The position numbers and the translations under genes are program-made. Below the pieces are notes generated by a model. It was given only the letters and a program-made list of their open reading frames with translations, did no database searches and was not told the origin of the DNA. A stretch of 63,776 nucleotides of DNA, filler included, from Malassezia furfur (Eukaryota), in NCBI GenBank assembly GCA_052055015.1. It is 2 parts of 2 records of this genome, joined end to end, with 100 filler letters (N's around TTAATTAATTAA, not from the genome) between each part and the next. Parts side by side here need not be neighbours in the genome. Positions count along the whole stretch, not along the records: positions 31,956 to 63,776 come from JBQJIT010000091.1; 1 more part is not named here. One strand, given 5' to 3'. This document shows positions 58,035 through 63,776 of this stretch, one piece after another; positions within the stretch are counted from its first letter, which is position 1; every line of letters begins with the position of its first letter.

Positions 58035-59567
58035 ATGGCGTTGTGGGGCCGAGGTACGCGTCGCGACTGATCCAGTGCTTCTGTGTGGCAGCGTTCCCGC
58101 GCCAGATAACACATGGGAGAGCGTCACGACCCCGACAATCCTGCGCGGGATCTCCAATGTGCGCGTTCACAAGATTGGTGCGTCGGTTTCAAGTCGGCAT
58201 GTGCTCTTCGTGTCGACCAACGGCGAGGTGTACGCGTATGGCGACAATAGCAAGGGTCAATGCGGGATCGATGCATCGCGAAGAGTTCTTGCGGAGCCCT
58301 TGAAGCTGACGCCGCGCGATTTTTCTCCACCTCTTGGACAGGACGAGCGGGTGGTGGATGCGGCTGCAGGCGCTGCCCACTCGCTCCTTGTGACGTCGGC
58401 CGGCAACGTCTATGCAGCCGGATCGAATGCGCAGGGGCAGTGTGGTCTCGGTGCAGTATCGGTTACCACCTCGTTCCAACGCGTCGAGGGCATGTCGGGG
58501 GCCACACAGGTGTCGTGTGGGCGCACCTTTAGCATGGTTCTTGCGTCCGGCAAAGGTACGTGTCCTGGGCTAAATCAGTCTATACAGTCGGATCCACCGA
58601 GGATGGACAGCTTGGCACAAATGAGCTTGGAGCGGTATCGACGTCGGCGTCGGACATTGTGTATGCGACGCATACCACCTTTGGTACGTGATGGACTGAC
58701 CCAGTCCCCCTCGCACTAAAACACATTGTACAAATTTCCTGTGGGACGCGCCATGCAGCAGCGTACGTGCCGTGCTAATGCAGGGTGGACCGTGACGGAT
58801 ACGTATATACCTGGGGCGCCAACCGGTTTGGCTGTCTGGGATGCGGCACACAGCGCGACCAAATGGCGCCTGTGCGTGTACAGCAATTTGTGCGGTACGT
58901 GCGAGGCTTATGCAGGAAAAGCAGGGAGGAGCGCATTGAACGGGTGATGGCGGGGCACGAGGCGACTGTGTGCTTGGATGCGAGTGCGAATTACTGGATT
59001 GCCGGCCGGACACGCATCACCGGCGACGGCGGCCTTGGTCAGGGGTATTACATCTTCAAGCCGCTTCCCGTTCTCGAGGGCCTGCGCATTCGCACGGCGG
59101 CACTCGGCGAAGATGCGTATTACTGCCTTGCGTCGGACCCTGCGGAGGGTGCCCCGATTGTGCCGTATGCCTGGGGCCAAAATGCCTCGCACGTCGAGCT
59201 CGGGACGCGGCGTGCGCCAAGCGATCCACAAATCATGGGTGCCATGCGCGATCTGCATGTCGTGGACGTGCAGAGTGGTGCGACGACGTCGTATTGGCTC
59301 GTGGAGCCGACCAAGGCGTACACTGAGCTGCCGCGGCTTCCGCGCGAAACGCATTCGTCAGATGCGTGTCTTGTGTGTCACTCTGCGCAGGACGATGACG
59401 ATGCGACGCTATTAGCGTGCGACCGGTGCGAGAATCCGTATCATCTGGGATGCCTCAAGCCGCCGCTTGCCAGTGTGCCCGAGGGCGAGTGGTTCTGCGA
59501 GGCGTGCGGGGGCGCGCGCCAGGGCTCGTCCACCTCCGCGGAGTCGCGTAAGCGTCGTCGGACATAG
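58035..59567 (+). CDS. RCC1-repeat (RCC2/TD-60-like) protein with C-terminal PHD finger
   Basis: Introns 58054-75, 58556-78, 58684-704, 58763-83 and 58895-915. Repeats of the type GxNxxGQxG, VSCG..FS and VYTWG. PHD: C..C...LLACDRCE.PYHLGCL.PPL..VP.GEWFC..C. NLS-like RKRRR. Confidence 0.82.
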
Positions 59568-59772
59568 ATGCATGCAAACGGGCGATGCCCCCGTGCTCGG
59601 GGATTAATTAAAGCTTCGCCGAGGTTCTTGCTGGTTCGACCCTGGCAGAGGGCGCGTATGTGGAGAAGTTGGGGTAGAGCGCTGCACAGTGCGCGTGAAA
59701 TCCGTTTGAGATGAGGTGCGACCCCCTCGAGCGATAAATAGGGCGTGGACAGAGCGAGTATTCAGCATCAGC

Positions 59773-61062
59773 ATGTCAGCCCCCACTGGAAGCCGCAACC
59801 CTCCGTACGATGTGGTGCTATACGGCGCGACCGGATTCACCGGGAGCCTCGTTGCACAGTACCTTGCGGAGCACCCTCAGGCCCCCAAAGTTGCGTTTGC
59901 GGGTCGCAATGCGCAGAAATTGCGCAACGTGCGTGACAAGCTCACGGGCGTGTCCAAGGAGCGGATCGAGAGCATTGGGCTGATGGAGGCGTCCGCGGGC
60001 GACGAGGCGAGCCTTCGCCGCCTCGCCGAGAGCGCGCACGTCGTGATCAACACGGTGGGACCGTTTGGCCTGCTGGGCGGTTTCGAGGTGGCCCGGGCGG
60101 TCGCCGAGGTGGGCGGCGGGTACGTCGACCTGACGGGCGAGTCGGATGTGTACCACAAGGACGTGGAGCACCTGCACGCGCTGGCGCAAAAGACGGGCGC
60201 GGTGCTGGTGCCGTCGTCGGGCTTTGACAGCCTGCCGTTTGACCTGAGCACGTACCTTGCGGTGCAAGAGGTGAAGAAGGTGCTGGGCGCCGATGCCGAG
60301 GTGGCCAAGGTGCTCGTCGGCTACCACGTCGAGGGCTCCATGTCCGGCGGCACGCTCGCGAGCGGTGTCGCGATGGCCGACCATCCGTTTGCGCTGCGGT
60401 ACGCCGAGCCGTACTGGCTGAGCCCGGTGCGCGGCACGCACGAAGCGCACGCGTACAAGTGGCGCGACCTGCCGCAGTTTGGCCAGGTGGGCTCGTTTAC
60501 TGCGTTTACGCCGCACAACACGCGTGTGGTGTACCGGTCGTGGGGCCTGCTGCAGGAAGCACAAACCGCGCAGCAGTATGGCCGCGACTTTGCGTACGAG
60601 GAGGCCGAGACGTGCTCGTCGCGCCTGTCGGCGAGTCTGATCTCGACCAAGTTCCAAATGTTCCCGTGCATGCTCAAGGTGCCGGGCTTTGGCAAGCTGG
60701 CGATGCGTGTCCTGCCGCAGGGCACGGGCCCCTCGCTCGAGACGCAGCTGAAAGGGTGTGCGGTGCTGCGTACGCTCGCGTATGCGGCGGACGGCAAGAC
60801 ACAGTGCCTGTCGACGTTTAGTGTGAAGGGCGACCCTGGCTACCTGAAGACGGCTGCGTTCCTGTCCGAGTCGGCGCTGACGCTTGCGTGGGAGCGCAGC
60901 AAGTATACGCCGATGGCGCAGCGCGGGGGTGTGCTGACGCCCGCGACGGCGGCGCCCGATGCGCTGTGTGCGCGTCTGGCCCAATACGGCGGCGTGACGC
61001 TGGGCGCGCAGGACGTGACCGGGGTCGCGGACGTGACCGGTGTGCTGCGTGTGCATTCTTAG
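59773..61062 (+). CDS. Saccharopine dehydrogenase-like oxidoreductase, copy 3
   Basis: Same motifs; the N-terminal half is most similar to copy 1. ATG at 59773. Confidence 0.88.
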   Translation: MSAPTGSRNPPYDVVLYGATGFTGSLVAQYLAEHPQAPKVAFAGRNAQKLRNVRDKLTGVSKERIESIGLMEASAGDEASLRRLAESAHVVINTVGPFGLLGGFEVARAVAEVGGGYVDLTGESDVYHKDVEHLHALAQKTGAVLVPSSGFDSLPFDLSTYLAVQEVKKVLGADAEVAKVLVGYHVEGSMSGGTLASGVAMADHPFALRYAEPYWLSPVRGTHEAHAYKWRDLPQFGQVGSFTAFTPHNTRVVYRSWGLLQEAQTAQQYGRDFAYEEAETCSSRLSASLISTKFQMFPCMLKVPGFGKLAMRVLPQGTGPSLETQLKGCAVLRTLAYAADGKTQCLSTFSVKGDPGYLKTAAFLSESALTLAWERSKYTPMAQRGGVLTPATAAPDALCARLAQYGGVTLGAQDVTGVADVTGVLRVHS

Positions 61063-61064
61063 AC

Positions 61065-61079
61065 GTGTGTGTGTGTGTG
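61065..61079. repeat. (GT)7 microsatellite between convergent genes
   Basis: gtgtgtgtgtgtgtg read directly. Confidence 0.8.
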
Positions 61080-61098
61080 ATAGGTACTGAGGTTTTGG

Positions 61099-63771
61099 CT
61101 ATGCGATGTGCTGCATGCTCTGCGCGCGCTGGTCCTCCTGCGCGATCTCTGCGCGCTCGTAGACGCGGCGTGCCTCGTGCAGGCCGAATGTGACCGCGGC
61201 GAGCACGAGGAGGAAGAGGAGGTCGTTGAGCGCGAGCGCCTGGGTCAGGAACACGTCCTGGAGCAGCGGGAAGTAGACGATGAGCATCTGGGCGCCAAAG
61301 CTCGCGCCGACCGTCCAGAGGAGCATGTGGTTCTCGGTGATGCCCGTGAGCGGCCCGCGGTTCTGCACGACCGAGACGAGGTCGAGGAACACGAAGCAGG
61401 TAAACGTCATCGTCGCGTCACGCTTGTCGCCGTCGACTTCGCCGGCTGGGCGCTCAAAGAGGAACACGAAGAAGGTGAACAGCGTGATGAGCGCCGCGGA
61501 GAAGATGGTGCGGTACAGCAGGCGGCGCGTCACCACCGGCGCGTCCTTGGGCCGCGGCGGGCGGCGCATCACGCTCTCACTGGCGGGGTCGACGCCGAGG
61601 CTCTGGCTCGGCGGCCCGTCCATGAGGATGTTGATGAACAGGATCTGCATCGGGTTCAGCGGGAAGCGCAGGCGCAGCAGCGTGCTTGTGGCGATGAGCA
61701 CGAGCGCGGCGGCCGACGTGCTCAGCTGGAAGGTGACAAAGTTCTGGATGTTGTAGAAGATGCTCTTGCCCTCGCGCACGGCGCCGAGGATCGTGGCAAA
61801 GTTGTCGTCGACGAGGATCATGTCGGCCGCCTCCTTGGTGACGTCCGTGCCGCCCTTGCCCATCGCGATGCCGACGTCGGCGAGCTTGAGCGCCGGCGCG
61901 TCGTTCACGCCGTCGCCCGTCATGCCGACCACCTCGTTGTGCGACTGGAACGCCGACACGATGCGCAGCTTGTGCTCGGGCGCCGTGCGCGCAAACACCG
62001 TCACGGAGCGCACGCGCTCGCGGAGCTGGCGGTCGCTCAGCTTCTCGATCTGCGGCCCGGTGAGCACGTCGACCCGCCCGCTCGACGCGACCAGGCCGAG
62101 CTGCCGCGCGATCGCCGCGGCGGTCACCTCCGAGTCGCCCGTGATCATCGCGACGTGCACGCGCCCGCGGTGCAGCTTCTGCACCGCGTCGGCGACGCCC
62201 GGGCGCGGCGGGTCGTGCATGGCCTGCAGGCCGCAGAACGCGAGCGTGGGGCGCTGGTGCGGCGCGGGCGCCGACGCGCTCGCCATCGCGAGCACGCGCA
62301 GGCCGCTGTTGGCGAGCTCCGAGATGGCGTCGCGGATCTGCTGGCGCACGTCGTCGCCGAGCTTCTGCGGCTCGGTGGCGGTGTGGTAGAGCGTGCACTG
62401 GCGCAGCACGACCTCGGGCGCGCCCTTGAGCAGCAGCTGCGGCGTGCCGTGCGAGTCGCTGCGGTAGTGCCCGGTGACGTCCATCATCTTGGTGTCCGAG
62501 CGGAAGGGCGTCTCGTGCTCGCGCACCCACTCGCCGCGGCGGTCGTGCAGGCCAAACTTGGGCAGCACACGCAGCATCGCGACCTCGGTCGACTGCCCGA
62601 TCAGCTGCCCGTCCTTGCCGGTCTCGGTGTTGTTGCACAGCATCCCGACCTCGAGGCAGCGTGCGAGCGCGCGCGGCAGCGACGCGTCGGCGTCCGCCGA
62701 CTCGGGCACGTCCTGCACGCCGTCGGGCACCGTGTACGTCTTGACGACGCGCATCTCGTTCGCGGTGAGCGTCCCGGTCTTGTCCGAGCAGATCACCGAC
62801 ACACACCCGAGCGTCTCGACGCTCGGCAGGTTCTTCAGGATCGCGTTCTGGCGCGACATGCGCAGCGCGCCGAGCGCGAGCGTCACGGTGACCACGATCG
62901 GCAGGCCCTCGGGGATCGCCGCGACCGCGAGCGACACGGCGATGGTGAACATCTCGAGCAGCGGCTGCTGCTGCAGCGCACCGATCACCATGATCACCGC
63001 AATCACACACAGACTCAGCACGCTCAGCCGCTGCGCCAGGTCCGCCATGCTCCGCTGCATCGGCGTCTGCCGCTCGCCCACCTGGTCGACCATGTCAAAG
63101 ATGCTGCCGAACTCGGTGCCCGCGCCTGTCGCGATCACGACGCCTTTGGCACTGCCGTGCTGCACGAGCGTGCCCATGAACGCAATGTTTTCGCGCTCGT
63201 TGATCGCGACGTCGTCGCCGTGGCCGTCGTCGTCCGGCGGGATCGCCTTGGCCGTCTTGCGCATCGGGTGCACCTCGCCGGTGAGCGTGCTCTCGTCGAT
63301 CTCGAGGCTCGACGCATGCGCCACGCGCACGTCCGCCGGCACACGGTCTCCGGACGAGAACGTCACCACATCGCCGGGCACGAGCTCCGCGGCAAACACT
63401 TTGCGCGACTCGCCGTCGCGCAGCACATGGCACTTGGGCGGCACCAGCTGGCTCAGCGCCTCGAGACTCTTTTCCGAGCGGTACTCTTGCACGATGCCCA
63501 CCGTGATGACGATCAGCAGCGCAATGGTGATCGTCACCGCGTCGTCCACCTGGCCCACCATGACGCTCACCGCCGCACTGCCGAGCAGCAGCAGGTTCAG
63601 CGGCTCGTGCAGCTGGCTGAGCCACCTGGTATACATCGGCGGCTTCTCGTTGCCCGTCAGCTCGTTGCGCCCGTACTCCTTGCGCGCCTCGGCCGCCTGG
63701 GCGTCGGACAGCCCGCGCTCGAGCGACGGCGTGTCGAGCGCCTCGAGCGTCTCGTCGACGCTCATGCGCAT
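61099..63771 (-). CDS. PMR1: Golgi Ca2+/Mn2+ P2A ATPase Pmr1 (may extend past the window edge)
   Basis: QEYRSEKSLEAL, AAIPEGLP, SDKTGTLT, TGDGVNDAPALK and NPMQILFINILMDGPP.QSLG. The frame stays open to the window end. Confidence 0.95.
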   Translation of the reverse strand: MRMSVDETLEALDTPSLERGLSDAQAAEARKEYGRNELTGNEKPPMYTRWLSQLHEPLNLLLLGSAAVSVMVGQVDDAVTITIALLIVITVGIVQEYRSEKSLEALSQLVPPKCHVLRDGESRKVFAAELVPGDVVTFSSGDRVPADVRVAHASSLEIDESTLTGEVHPMRKTAKAIPPDDDGHGDDVAINERENIAFMGTLVQHGSAKGVVIATGAGTEFGSIFDMVDQVGERQTPMQRSMADLAQRLSVLSLCVIAVIMVIGALQQQPLLEMFTIAVSLAVAAIPEGLPIVVTVTLALGALRMSRQNAILKNLPSVETLGCVSVICSDKTGTLTANEMRVVKTYTVPDGVQDVPESADADASLPRALARCLEVGMLCNNTETGKDGQLIGQSTEVAMLRVLPKFGLHDRRGEWVREHETPFRSDTKMMDVTGHYRSDSHGTPQLLLKGAPEVVLRQCTLYHTATEPQKLGDDVRQQIRDAISELANSGLRVLAMASASAPAPHQRPTLAFCGLQAMHDPPRPGVADAVQKLHRGRVHVAMITGDSEVTAAAIARQLGLVASSGRVDVLTGPQIEKLSDRQLRERVRSVTVFARTAPEHKLRIVSAFQSHNEVVGMTGDGVNDAPALKLADVGIAMGKGGTDVTKEAADMILVDDNFATILGAVREGKSIFYNIQNFVTFQLSTSAAALVLIATSTLLRLRFPLNPMQILFINILMDGPPSQSLGVDPASESVMRRPPRPKDAPVVTRRLLYRTIFSAALITLFTFFVFLFERPAGEVDGDKRDATMTFTCFVFLDLVSVVQNRGPLTGITENHMLLWTVGASFGAQMLIVYFPLLQDVFLTQALALNDLLFLLVLAAVTFGLHEARRVYERAEIAQEDQRAQSMQHIA

Positions 63772-63776
63772 GAACC

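Noticed and set aside
59587..59656. tRNA-like T-arm (GCTGG-TTCGACC-CTGGC) followed by AGAGGGCG
   Set aside because: The acceptor stem pairs poorly and no D- or anticodon arm can be built. At most it is an isolated B-box-like sequence.
1..63776. CRISPR arrays, transposons, rRNA or prokaryotic operons
   Set aside because: No repeat-spacer arrays, transposase/RT/integrase motifs, terminal repeats or rRNA sequence were seen, and the gene content is eukaryotic.

Overview
This is eukaryotic DNA from a very gene-dense, GC-rich basidiomycete yeast. It is most consistent with a high-GC Malassezia species, inferred from compactness, 21-34 nt introns, CACGTG-containing mini-promoters and secreted hydrolase arrays; the species cannot be determined. 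I can build about 42 protein-coding genes. Most are housekeeping: RSE1, TRM44, IPK1, TMA16, NCR1-like, BDP1, BUD13, NSE2, URA7, SF3B5, INO80 (part), SMC3 (part), EMC3, ceramidase, DRS2, REX4, GYP1, RPB8, BTS1, XKS1, KAP104, CCT8, POP4 and PMR1. Several are absent or broken in the ORF track because they are split by 38 hand-placed ultra-short GT-AG introns. Accessory content is a tandem triplet of secreted alpha/beta-hydrolase-like proteins with Gly at the catalytic Ser position, inside a GC trough, and a triplet of saccharopine-dehydrogenase-like oxidoreductases. Other points of note are a frameshifted GPAT/DHAPAT-family gene lacking its catalytic motif, a degenerate NPC1/Ncr1, a ceramidase with an altered Ca2+ site, an unexplained multi-stem structured element at ~19.9-20.0 kb, and an artificial 100-nt scaffold spacer at 31856-31955. 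Gene names come from recalled family motifs; no database search was run.
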